NCBI GenBank assembly: GCA_041674405.1
Contig: JBAYVT010000004.1
Span: forward strand, 119,611-151,610
DNA: 32,000 nt
Direction of reading: 5' to 3'
Origin: Patescibacteria group bacterium
GTDB taxonomy: Bacteria > Patescibacteriota > UBA1384 > XYA2-FULL-43-10
The notes under the pieces are model-generated. The model did no database searches. It was not told the DNA's origin and worked only from the letters and a program-made list of their open reading frames with translations. Below are positions 16,354 to 26,945 of this stretch, piece after piece. The position numbers and the translations under genes were made by a program. The stretch's first letter is position 1. Every line of letters starts with the position of its first letter.

Positions 16354-18261
16354 ATGGCAAAGGGCAAAGAAAAGAAAAAATTACAAATTAAAATCAATTT
16401 TGATTTTTTAAAGAGTAAATATTTGCGTTATGTGGCACTAGGAATTGCTGCAATTCTTATTTTGCTTTTGATCACATTTGGTATTTATTCAATCTCGTAT
16501 GCGCATAAATCTTACAAGAATATCAAGATCGGGGATATTGCCTTGGGTGGCAAAACTGAGGGAGAAATAAAAGATATTTTACAGACGAATTCAAATCAAT
16601 TTTTGGCAAAAAATATCATTCTTTCTTATCAGGGAGACAATCCAAAAGATTATCAAGTTGCCCCTGCTGATATCGGATTGGCTTATGATGTCGATGGGAG
16701 TATGAAGAGAGTGATGGGGATCGGGCGTGATAGAGGTATTTTCCGTGACTTCTGGGAACAGCTAAAATCCGTATTTTCTGAACAAAATGTGCCAATGCTT
16801 TATAGCGTGAATGATTCAGCCCTTTCGGACAAAATTGCCGCAATTGCAAAAGAAGTTGATATACCGGAAAAAGATTATTCGATTTCGTACCAAGGTGGGG
16901 AATTTGTTCTCTCTACCGAAAGAGCGGAGGGCAAAAGGATCGATCAATTGGGATTGATCAATAATGTCAAATATCAAATTTCAAATGTCAAAAGTAATCC
17001 GATTGCATTCAACGCACAGAAATATGTGCCGCAGGTAGATGAAGTGAAGGCGCAAAAACGGCTTTCTGAGGCGCAGAATATTCTTTCTGGCGGTGATTTG
17101 GTTCTAAATTATAAAGATTTTGAATTTACCTTGGGCGGCGATGATATTGGGAAATTGATTTTATCCAAGACTGATGGAGATGATCTGAAACTATATGTGT
17201 CTTCCGAACAAGCCACGAATCAAATCAAAAACATGGCGACAACTATCAATTCCGAGCCTGTCAATGCACAATTTTCGGTTGTTGGGGGAAGCGTTACAGC
17301 TTTTGCAGTGTCGAAAGACGGATTAAAGTTGGACGAAAACCAGACCAAAGTGGATATCGAAAATGCACTACTTGGCAGGGTTTACAAAGTAGCCGAGGGA
17401 ATTGATACAAAAAAAATCAGCCTGAAAGTTGCTGTCACTAAACCGGCCGTTTCTTCGGATGATGCAGGAAAATATGGCTTAAAAGAATTGGTATCTACCG
17501 GTGTCACAACGTTTACCGGTTCGCCCTCAAATCGAATTCACAATATCAATGTGGGTGCAGCTGCTATCAATGGTGCTCTCTTGGCACCAGGAGAAACTTT
17601 CTCGACCCTAGGACGCTTAGGAAAAATTGATGCATCCACAGGTTATCTTCCGGAATTAGTAATAAAGAACGATAAGACAGTGCCGGATTATGGCGGAGGG
17701 CTGTGCCAGGTTTCAACCACCCTTTTTCGTGCAGCATTGAATTCGGGAATGGAAATAGTCGAGCGGCAGAATCACTCTTATCGCGTATCCTATTACGAAC
17801 CGCCGGTTGGGATGGACGCGACAATTTTTGATCCAGCCCCTGATTTTAAATTCAAAAATAATTACAATTCATACATTCTGATCCAAGCCCAAGTCGTCGG
17901 GACTAAGATTACTTTTCAGTTTTATGGCACAAAAGATTCAAGGATTATCTCAATTGGGACTCCGTCGGTTTACGATGTGATAAGCCCACCTACTCCTCTT
18001 GAGATACCGACAGACACTCTTAAGGTTGGTGAAAAGAAAAAAATCGACTCCGGCCATCCGGGGGCGACAGCGAGCTTTCATTATAAAGTCACCCGTGACG
18101 GAGCGATTTTACAGGAAAAAGATTTTGTATCGAAATATGTTCCTTGGCAGGAAAAATGGCTGGTTGGAACGGTTCAGCCGGAACCTGTCCCTGAGCCCGC
18201 ACCTGAACCCACTCCCGAGCCGGCTACGCCAACGGCTGATCCTGCAACTCCAACAACATAA
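16354..18261 (+). CDS. VanW family protein with N-terminal TM anchor and putative peptidoglycan-binding-like (YoaR-type) domain
   Basis: GVTTFTGSPSNRIHNINVGAAAINGALLAPGETFSTLGRLGK...YGGGLCQVSTTLFRAALNSGMEIVERQNHSYRVSYY: VanW signature. Start placed at MAKGKEKK. Confidence 0.92.
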   Translation: MAKGKEKKKLQIKINFDFLKSKYLRYVALGIAAILILLLITFGIYSISYAHKSYKNIKIGDIALGGKTEGEIKDILQTNSNQFLAKNIILSYQGDNPKDYQVAPADIGLAYDVDGSMKRVMGIGRDRGIFRDFWEQLKSVFSEQNVPMLYSVNDSALSDKIAAIAKEVDIPEKDYSISYQGGEFVLSTERAEGKRIDQLGLINNVKYQISNVKSNPIAFNAQKYVPQVDEVKAQKRLSEAQNILSGGDLVLNYKDFEFTLGGDDIGKLILSKTDGDDLKLYVSSEQATNQIKNMATTINSEPVNAQFSVVGGSVTAFAVSKDGLKLDENQTKVDIENALLGRVYKVAEGIDTKKISLKVAVTKPAVSSDDAGKYGLKELVSTGVTTFTGSPSNRIHNINVGAAAINGALLAPGETFSTLGRLGKIDASTGYLPELVIKNDKTVPDYGGGLCQVSTTLFRAALNSGMEIVERQNHSYRVSYYEPPVGMDATIFDPAPDFKFKNNYNSYILIQAQVVGTKITFQFYGTKDSRIISIGTPSVYDVISPPTPLEIPTDTLKVGEKKKIDSGHPGATASFHYKVTRDGAILQEKDFVSKYVPWQEKWLVGTVQPEPVPEPAPEPTPEPATPTADPATPTT

Positions 18262-18275
18262 ACTATATTTGTGCT

Positions 18276-18790
18276 CTAAGACGCAATTTCGGCCCAGGTG
18301 AACACACCGGGCCGAAAGGTTAACCATGCCCGAAACGGGCAGGAGAGATTGGGGGTTACCCGGGAACTCTGCTCGGCAACCGTCACCGACACCATCACCG
18401 ACAACTGGCAACGACACCGAACTCTGAGCAGTAATAGTACAGCGCTCATCAACCACAGAACCATCCGTGGTCGGGGAACGACTCTGACGCCGTGCGCGCT
18501 GACATCGGGTAACCGAAACTGGAATATCTTGACCCCGCCACTCGGCGGAGATTGGCTACGAAAGCCTGGTCGATCGAGGCATCGGTTTCACCCTTCCGGC
18601 GGAAAGCTGAACAAGCGATGCATAGCGCTATCTCCAGGCAGTCGACAGGGGAGCCACCTCCCAGCAAACAGCATACACATGCTACGCGTTTTGCGTTTGT
18701 GGTGGCGCTACGTGGGGAGAATCTCACAGCTAACATACGTACTAGCTGATCGAAACCCCTATAGGCAGTGGTTGCACCCATTTTCCATGC
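18276..18790. ncRNA. Candidate structured non-coding RNA or regulatory element in a GC-rich intergenic region, strand unknown
   Basis: Several perfect short stem-loops (18288-18316, 18328-18340, 18535-18548), long-range CTGCTC/GAGCAG complementarity, elevated GC, and no convincing protein-coding ORF. Confidence 0.35.
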
Positions 18791-18870
18791 ATGCTGCGCC
18801 TCTCTGTATCTGTAAACTATCAAACACAGCTTCCTAAGTCAAGTTTGTGTTGGATGAAAGAAAGTAATCC

Positions 18871-18926
18871 GTAGTCTGTGACCTGTGAAGTAAAAGAATT
18901 TTTTAAGGACTACGAAGACAGACTAC
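18871..18926. repeat. 9-bp perfect inverted repeat GTAGTCTGT ... ACAGACTAC upstream of the P-type ATPase
   Basis: Arms at 18871-18879 and 18918-18926. Confidence 0.6.
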
Positions 18927-18961
18927 AGACTAATAATTTTAGCTATGCTAAAATAAAATTG

Positions 18962-21628
18962 ATGAAAGAATTTGCCTATCATCAGTGGAGTGGTGCTGAT
19001 ATTAGGCGCCATTTTGGGGTTGATACGAAGGAGGGGCTTTCCTCGAAGGAAGCCTTATTGAGGTTGCAAAAGTACGGGGCAAATTCATTGGAGAAAGAAA
19101 AAGAGAGCTCGGTTTGGGTAATATTGGGCCGCCAATTTACTAATTTTTTTATAATTCTTTTGGTGATTGCTGCGATAATTTCTATCTTAACCGAAGGCAT
19201 GTCCTCGGGGATTATTTTTATTGTCATCATTGTCCTGAATGTTGGCATTGGCTTTTTTCAGGAGCACAAAGCCGAAAGATCATTATCACTGCTTAAAAAA
19301 TCAATCATAAGTGAGGCTAAAGTTATTCGTGATGGCAAAATTGCAACCATTGATTCGGAAAAATTGGTACCGGGCGATGTCGTTGTGGTATCAGAGGGCG
19401 ACAAGGTTCCTGCAGATTTGCGAATAATTGAAGGAAATTCTTTGCGCATGAACGAATCGGCGCTTACTGGTGAAGCAATGCTGATTTCTAAACACCCGGA
19501 AGTTTTGCCACTAGATACGATCTTGGCGGAGCGCCGAAACATGGCATATATGGGAACCTCTGCTGTTGCCGGGAGTGCAATGGGGGTTGTTGTCGGCACG
19601 GGAGAATTGACTGAAATAGGCAAAATTGCGAAATTGATTCAAACCAGCGAAGAAAAAACCCCTCTCGAGAAAAAGATTTTGTTTGTTGGGCAAATTATAT
19701 CCGGCGTAGCGATCGCAATTGCTCTGGCGGTATTTGCACTGGGCCTTATGCAGGGTTGGAATCTTTACGAACTTGTAGCATATGTGATTGCGCTGATCGT
19801 TGCTGCTGTGCCAGAATCATTGCCGACCGTCGTGACATTAACTTTGGCAATCGGCGTTATCAATATGGTGAAAAAGAATGCAATTGTCCGGCGCATGGGA
19901 GTAGTCGAAGCGCTAGGCAGTGTAAATATCATATTGACCGACAAAACGGGAACGATCACAAAAAACAACCTGGTAATTTCCAAATACGGATTTATCAAAA
20001 ATGGAGAAAGTGTCATCTATGATTCCAATTTGCCTCACTCCTCAAGTGATAAAAATCTTCTTTTGTTTGCAATGATTTGTTCGGATGTGAAAGGAAAAAA
20101 GCATGATGAAATGACGGGTGATCCGCTCGAAGTGGCAATTGCCCAAAAGCTTTTGGAAGAAAGCCACGACACGTTTGTGCGATCAAGTAAATTCGAACGA
20201 ATTACCGGCAGCCCTTTCGATTCCGGTAAAAAATACATGATGGTCGACGGCAATCTGGGCGAACAGCGCTATATCGTGATGAAGGGGGCGGTAGAGTCTA
20301 TTATTCCATTTTGCAAATTGGCAGCAGCAGACAAAAAGCTCTTACATGAGATGAATCTTGAAATGTCAGAATCAGGTATGAAAAATATTGCTGTTTGTGC
20401 CAAAAAAATTACCGGCAAGAATCTTGGAACGATGAAGAATCTTGAATTTTTAGGCGTCTTAGCATTTTCAGATGAACCGGTGCCGGAGGTAAAAGGCGCC
20501 TTTGCCGATACAATAAAGGCAGGTATCCGTCCAATTATTTTAACTGGCGATCATCCGAGTACGGCCAAATATATCTCCGAGGCAGTCGGCCTTCCGGCGA
20601 TAGACGACGAGATAATTTCTGGGCTGGAAATTTCGTCAATGTCAGACAAAGAGATTATCGATAGGCTAAAAAAAGTTAAGATATTTGCCCGTTGCACTCC
20701 CTCGGACAAAATTCGAATCGTGGGACTCTTTGAACAAGCTGGCTATACCGTTGCGGTTACTGGGGACGGGGTAAATGATGCTCCGGCCTTAAAGGCCGCC
20801 ACGGTCGGGATCGCAATGGGAATACGTGGCAATGATGTGGCAAAAGAAGCGGCAGATATTGTTCTTTCCGATGATAATTTCAGAACTATCGTCCATGCCA
20901 TAACATATGGCCGGCAGATTTATGACAATGTGAAACACGCACTCACTTTTCTTTTTGCTGGAAATTTTATTGAAATTCTTCTTATTGCGATCGCTTTTCT
21001 TGCTGCCTTACCTGAACCCCTGACAACCATCCAGATTCTTTGGATCAACTTAATAACAGATTCATTGCCGGCTATTGCGCTTTCATTTGAGAAGCCAGGC
21101 AAGAATTTGCTTGCTGAAGGACCGAGAATTGATGATAAAATTGATCTTGCGCGAGCGATGCGGTTTTCATTGTTTGTCGGTATGTTTGGCCTTTGCGTGA
21201 TGTTTCTGCTCTATCTCTCGGGCTTGCACCATTCAATTGCGCATGCGCGTACTTTGGTTTTTGCCTCTGTTGTTCTTTCGCAAATGGCGCTGGTTATGTC
21301 GGTTAGATCGAAGAAGAGGGTCTGGGAGGACTTCCGAGGGTTTTTTGAAAATGCATATTTGAATGCAGCAGTTTTGATCTCGATATTCATACAAATAATC
21401 GCTTTTGTCCCATACACTAGGTCATTCTTCGGCACGGCTCCCCTCGGATTTACGGATTGGCTTTCTGTCATCGCAACAATCATCATAGTGTTTTTCGGCT
21501 CGGAAATTATCCGTCACTATCAAGATCAGCACTATTTAAAATTGAAGCTTAGGAATAAAAAAATCGCGCTTGTCGACGAAAAAACAGGCAAAATGATAGC
21601 CGGGACATCATTAGTTCGTAGTAAGTAG
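18962..21628 (+). CDS. Cation-transporting P-type ATPase (P2, Ca2+-ATPase-like)
   Basis: MKEFAYHQWSGADIRRHFGVDTKEGLSSKEALLRLQKYGANSLEKEK...TGEA...VPESLPTVVTLTLAIG...DKTGTITKNNLV...TGDGVNDAPALKAATVGIAMGIRG. The ORF track start at 18878 is probably too far upstream. Confidence 0.95.
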   Translation: MKEFAYHQWSGADIRRHFGVDTKEGLSSKEALLRLQKYGANSLEKEKESSVWVILGRQFTNFFIILLVIAAIISILTEGMSSGIIFIVIIVLNVGIGFFQEHKAERSLSLLKKSIISEAKVIRDGKIATIDSEKLVPGDVVVVSEGDKVPADLRIIEGNSLRMNESALTGEAMLISKHPEVLPLDTILAERRNMAYMGTSAVAGSAMGVVVGTGELTEIGKIAKLIQTSEEKTPLEKKILFVGQIISGVAIAIALAVFALGLMQGWNLYELVAYVIALIVAAVPESLPTVVTLTLAIGVINMVKKNAIVRRMGVVEALGSVNIILTDKTGTITKNNLVISKYGFIKNGESVIYDSNLPHSSSDKNLLLFAMICSDVKGKKHDEMTGDPLEVAIAQKLLEESHDTFVRSSKFERITGSPFDSGKKYMMVDGNLGEQRYIVMKGAVESIIPFCKLAAADKKLLHEMNLEMSESGMKNIAVCAKKITGKNLGTMKNLEFLGVLAFSDEPVPEVKGAFADTIKAGIRPIILTGDHPSTAKYISEAVGLPAIDDEIISGLEISSMSDKEIIDRLKKVKIFARCTPSDKIRIVGLFEQAGYTVAVTGDGVNDAPALKAATVGIAMGIRGNDVAKEAADIVLSDDNFRTIVHAITYGRQIYDNVKHALTFLFAGNFIEILLIAIAFLAALPEPLTTIQILWINLITDSLPAIALSFEKPGKNLLAEGPRIDDKIDLARAMRFSLFVGMFGLCVMFLLYLSGLHHSIAHARTLVFASVVLSQMALVMSVRSKKRVWEDFRGFFENAYLNAAVLISIFIQIIAFVPYTRSFFGTAPLGFTDWLSVIATIIIVFFGSEIIRHYQDQHYLKLKLRNKKIALVDEKTGKMIAGTSLVRSK

Positions 21629-21635
21629 TTCGTAG

Positions 21636-22073
21636 TCAGCTAATAGTCTTGCGCATTTTAACATGGGGGATGCCGACTTCTTCGAATTCTTTGCCGAATT
21701 GTTCAAAGCCGAACTTTTCGTAGAAGCCTTTGGTATGGGATTGGGAATCAAGCACAATTTCTATAATATTTTTCGATTTGAGATGGTCGAGAGCTTTTTG
21801 CATTATAAGTTTGCCTAGTCCTTGCCCGCGAAGTTTTGATTTGACCGCAAAGCGTTCGATCTTTGCAATATCAGGTTCGATATATCGCAGACGGACGGTA
21901 CCGACCGGATCGCCATCTTGATAGGCTAGCACATGATCTGAATCGCTATCTAAGCCGTCGGCATCTGCCTCATGTTCGATTCCTTGTTCTTCTGTAAAAA
22001 CATCGTATCGTACACTTTGTGCGTCCGCGATGTCTTTATTTCCATCTGCGATTTTTAAAATAGTTTGACCCAT
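21636..22073 (-). CDS. GNAT family N-acetyltransferase
   Basis: VRYDVFTEEQGIEHEADADG...IAKIERFAVKSKLRGQGLGKLIMQKALDHLK...GFYEKFGFEQFGKEFEEVGIPHVKM. Confidence 0.92.
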   Translation of the reverse strand: MGQTILKIADGNKDIADAQSVRYDVFTEEQGIEHEADADGLDSDSDHVLAYQDGDPVGTVRLRYIEPDIAKIERFAVKSKLRGQGLGKLIMQKALDHLKSKNIIEIVLDSQSHTKGFYEKFGFEQFGKEFEEVGIPHVKMRKTIS

Positions 22074-22075
22074 AT

Positions 22076-23671
22076 TTATTTAATAGCTGCTTTTATAAAT
22101 CCATCGAAGAGTGGATGAGGTCTATTCGGGCGGGATTTAAATTCCGGGTGGAATTGCGAGGCGACAAAGAAAGGGTGGTCTTTGTGTTCGATTATTTCAA
22201 CTAATTTGTTGTCCGGTGAGGTGCCAGCGATCAAAAGTCCGGCTTTGGATAAAACCTCGCGATAATCATTGTTGAATTCATATCTGTGGCGATGCCGTTC
22301 AGAGACTTCTTTTTTGCCATAAAGATTAAGCGATTTTGAATCTTCGGAAAGAACACATGGGTAAGCGCCGAGCCGCATCGTACCGCCCTTTTCCGAAATC
22401 TTTTTTTGGTGCTCCATTATGTCGATTACTGGATTTTTTACATTTTTATCAAACTCGGTTGAATTGCAAGCTTTGGTTTTTAAGGCATGCCGGGCGAATT
22501 CGATAACGGCAATTTGCATTCCCAGGCAAAGCCCGAGATACGGAACTTTATTCTCGCGAGCATACTTGGCTGCCATAATTTTACCCTCAATGCCGCGATT
22601 CCCAAACCCGCCGGGAACGACAATTCCATCAGTATTTTTCAAATATTTATCGACCCCATATCTCTCGACTAATTCAGAATCAGTCCACAAAATGTTTAGT
22701 TTCACATGATTTTTATATGCAGCAGATTTTAATGCCTCAGTCACGGAATAATAAGTATCCTTCATGTCCATGTATTTGCCGACCAGGGCGATGTTTACCG
22801 ATTTATTTTTTTTGCTTCGGATATTCTTGTTGAGCTCAATCCAACTTCTGTCGATACGGCGCCCGAGCGGGGTTTTCAATTTTCTGGAAATAACTCGTGC
22901 TACGTTAAATTTTTCCAAAAGAAGTGGTAGTTCATAAACATTGCCCAATGTTTCCAATGGAACAACTGCATCGCGATCAATATTACAAAAAGTAGAAATC
23001 TTATCCAAGCATCTTGCTGGAATGGGGTAGTCTGCGCGGCAGAAAACGATGTCGGGATGAATTCCAAAATTATTTAAGTCGCGAATTGAATTTTGCATCG
23101 GCTTAGTTTTAAGCTCTTCGGTGGTGGCTAACCAAGGAAAAAAGCCGACGTGGCAGTAAAGCGTAGAGTCAATTCCTTTATCGCGGCGCATTTGGCGGAT
23201 TGCCTCGACAAAATGAAGTCCCTCATAATCTCCGACGGTGCCTCCGATTTCAACAATTACAAAATCTGCGTTTGACCTCTTGGCAGCATTATTTATTCTC
23301 TCTTTGATCTCATCAGTAAGATGTGGAATCATCTGAATTGTCTTACCGAGATATTTACCCTGGCGTTCATTTTCGATAATTGCTTGATATATTTGTCCCG
23401 ACATCACTGAGCTTTCGCGGGTCAAATTTTGATCGGTGAAGCGTTCATAATGCCCCAAGTCAAGATCGGTCTCTGCCCCGTCATCGGTTACAAAACATTC
23501 TCCGTGTTCCGCTGGGTTTAGGGTACCAGCGTCAACGTTAAAATATTGATCAAACTTCATCATAAAAACTTTTTTGCCGCGGGCGGTCAAAATATTTCCA
23601 ATCGATGCGGCAGTGATGCCTTTACCCAAACCCGATAACACGCCCCCCGTGACAAAAATGAATTTAGCCAT
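22076..23671 (-). CDS. pyrG: CTP synthase
   Basis: MAKFIFVTGGVLSGLGKGITAASIGNILTARG...MKFDQYFNVDAGTLNPAEHGECFVTDDGAETDLDLGHYERF...GLCLGMQIAVIEFARH...QFHPEFKSRPNRPHPLFDGFI. Confidence 0.99.
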   Translation of the reverse strand: MAKFIFVTGGVLSGLGKGITAASIGNILTARGKKVFMMKFDQYFNVDAGTLNPAEHGECFVTDDGAETDLDLGHYERFTDQNLTRESSVMSGQIYQAIIENERQGKYLGKTIQMIPHLTDEIKERINNAAKRSNADFVIVEIGGTVGDYEGLHFVEAIRQMRRDKGIDSTLYCHVGFFPWLATTEELKTKPMQNSIRDLNNFGIHPDIVFCRADYPIPARCLDKISTFCNIDRDAVVPLETLGNVYELPLLLEKFNVARVISRKLKTPLGRRIDRSWIELNKNIRSKKNKSVNIALVGKYMDMKDTYYSVTEALKSAAYKNHVKLNILWTDSELVERYGVDKYLKNTDGIVVPGGFGNRGIEGKIMAAKYARENKVPYLGLCLGMQIAVIEFARHALKTKACNSTEFDKNVKNPVIDIMEHQKKISEKGGTMRLGAYPCVLSEDSKSLNLYGKKEVSERHRHRYEFNNDYREVLSKAGLLIAGTSPDNKLVEIIEHKDHPFFVASQFHPEFKSRPNRPHPLFDGFIKAAIK

Positions 23672-23711
23672 GAGAACTCCTCATTTATCAAATAGAACGA
23701 ATACTTAACCA

Positions 23712-23750
23712 AAAAAACTCCTGTCGAGCCGATTAATTGGAGTTTTTTTT
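23712..23750 (-). promoter_or_regulatory. Terminator-like hairpin in the putative pyrG leader (possible attenuator)
   Basis: AAAAAAACTCC (23712-23722) and GGAGTTTTTTT (23740-23750), an 11-bp stem with a T-run on the minus strand, 40 nt upstream of the pyrG start. Confidence 0.5.
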
Positions 23751-23822
23751 ACCACTACTATTTTATTTTATAAAACTATTTTATCATGAAATTACCCCAA
23801 GGGTTCAAAAAATTATTCACAT

Positions 23823-24509
23823 ATGAAAATTATCAAGTCTATGCGAACAAAAAACGAAAAAAGTGTGAAAAAGTATGAACGCCGCGCAAATTATTCTGCT
23901 CAGATTTTTTGTCGAATGCCATATGTTCGCGCGGTCTTCTTGACAGGCTCACTAGCATCCGGGGATGCGAATATCTCTTCCGATATTGATATGTTGGTCG
24001 TCACAAAAATGGGTCGAATTTTTACTGCACGCCTTTTTGTTATACTGGCAGCAACAATCATGGGAATAAAGCGAACAAAAAATCCGGACAAAAATCATGC
24101 TGGTAAGGTTTGCCTAAATTATTTTTTAACAGAGAACTATCTGAAAATCCCACATGGCAGAGGAGAAAAGATCGATAAATATTGCGCCGAAAATTATTCG
24201 CAAGCGAAGTTTTTGGCGGGAGATTATCAAATATTTGAAAAGTTCTTTGAAGTTAATCGAAAACTTTTTAAACAATATCAAATTACAAATATCAAATTAC
24301 AAATAAATTCTAGATCCCAATCGCATTATCCATTTTACAGAACTAGACTGGGGAATTGGTTCGAAGAACAACTTAAGGCCATCCAAATCCGGCGAATTGA
24401 GAGCGATCCCATTACGGCGAAGTATCCACATCTAATAGTTTATAATGACCAAGAACTTCGTTTTCATCCACCAAAATTTTCAAAAAATAATGGCACGGCA
24501 AGGAAATAA
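23823..24509 (+). CDS. Nucleotidyltransferase (NTP_transf_2/MNT-like) domain protein
   Basis: VRAVFLTGSLASGDANISSDIDMLVVTKMGR matches the GS(x)...G....SDID(L) nucleotidyltransferase motif. Confidence 0.8.
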   Translation: MKIIKSMRTKNEKSVKKYERRANYSAQIFCRMPYVRAVFLTGSLASGDANISSDIDMLVVTKMGRIFTARLFVILAATIMGIKRTKNPDKNHAGKVCLNYFLTENYLKIPHGRGEKIDKYCAENYSQAKFLAGDYQIFEKFFEVNRKLFKQYQITNIKLQINSRSQSHYPFYRTRLGNWFEEQLKAIQIRRIESDPITAKYPHLIVYNDQELRFHPPKFSKNNGTARK

Positions 24510-24838
24510 TTTTGCCTTGGCGAGCATGATATTGACTTAAAAACATCCTGTCATTTATAATAGAGTCGATGGTAGCAACGACGTTTCCCCCTTGCGTTGG
24601 CGCTGCCATCATTTAATTTTTTGCGGCTTGATCTGGGCCGCATTTTTTAGTAATATTGGAGTTGAGAGCTGGAGGGTTCCGGCTTTTTTTGATCGCAAAG
24701 CGATCAACTCCGAGCCCCGAGCCGAAGGAGCCAATGCCTACCCGTTGAGTCTTCCCTTCGGGAAAGGGGACCCTTTGGGTCATGTCGAGGAGTGAACAAA
24801 CACTATGGCTCGAAGCAAACACCGCGTACCGCATGGTG

Positions 24839-24867
24839 TTGACAATATGTCAAGCAAACTTTACAAT
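24839..24867 (+). promoter_or_regulatory. Sigma70-like promoter of groES-groEL
   Basis: TTGACA-N17-TACAAT, 33 nt upstream of the groES ATG; no CIRCE element seen. Confidence 0.8.
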
Positions 24868-24900
24868 TCATTTGCAAAATATTAATTTTGGAGGCATTAT

Positions 24901-25177
24901 GCTTAAACCACTTGGAGACAAGGTTCTGATCGAGCCGACATTGGCTGAAGAAAAAACAAAGTCTGGAATCATTATTCCTGACACTGCCAAAGAAGCCAAG
25001 GCAGAAGGCAAAGTTGTGGCACTTGGCACAGGTAAATTGCCTGAAGGTAAAAAACATGAGTTTTCGGTGAAGATTGGAGATAAAGTTCTCTACGGAAAAT
25101 ATTCCGGTGATGAAGTGAAGATTGATGGCAAAGAATACAAGGTTATGAAAGAGGATGAAATCCTCGGAATTTTCTAA
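24901..25177 (+). CDS. groES: Co-chaperonin GroES
   Basis: MLKPLGDKVLIEPTLAEEKTKSGIIIPDTAKEAKAEGKVVALGTGKLPEGKKHEFSVKIGDKVLYGKYSGDEVKIDGKEYKVMKEDEILGIF; TTGGAGG Shine-Dalgarno. Confidence 0.98.
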
Positions 25178-25200
25178 TAGCTTGATAATAAGGAGAATAA

Positions 25201-26838
<1,638 letters not shown>

Positions 26839-26894
26839 ATCGCAAATAAATTTGCGAAATCAAAATTAAAAACTTAAAACTCAAAACTCTGGTA

Positions 26895-26933
26895 AAGCAA
26901 AAAGCCCCGGCGTAAACCGCGGGCTTTTTGCTT
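26895..26933. terminator. Bidirectional terminator between convergent groEL and PRC-barrel genes
   Basis: AAGCAAAAAGCCCCGG CGTAAA CCGCGGGCTTTTTGCTT: near-perfect long stem with flanking A and T runs. Confidence 0.85.
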
Positions 26934-26945
26934 GGATAGCACTAT

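Noticed and set aside
18276-18790. Possible tmRNA, RNase P RNA or SRP RNA
   Set aside because: GCAAAC (tag-like) and ACAGAA (RNase P-like) strings occur, but the tRNA-like ends, a coherent tag ORF, GAGGAAAGUC and the SRP GGAAG-type domain were not found by eye.
18276-18837. ORFs 18276..18464 (-), 18449..18823 (-), 18298..18837 (+) and 18552..18749 (+)
   Set aside because: No recognisable motifs, poor Shine-Dalgarno context and mutually overlapping frames. The region is better explained as non-coding and structured.
24782-24900. groES ORF start at 24782 and CIRCE heat-shock element
   Set aside because: The 24782 start lies upstream of the promoter and real Shine-Dalgarno. No TTAGCACTC-N9-GAGTGCTAA could be found upstream of groES.
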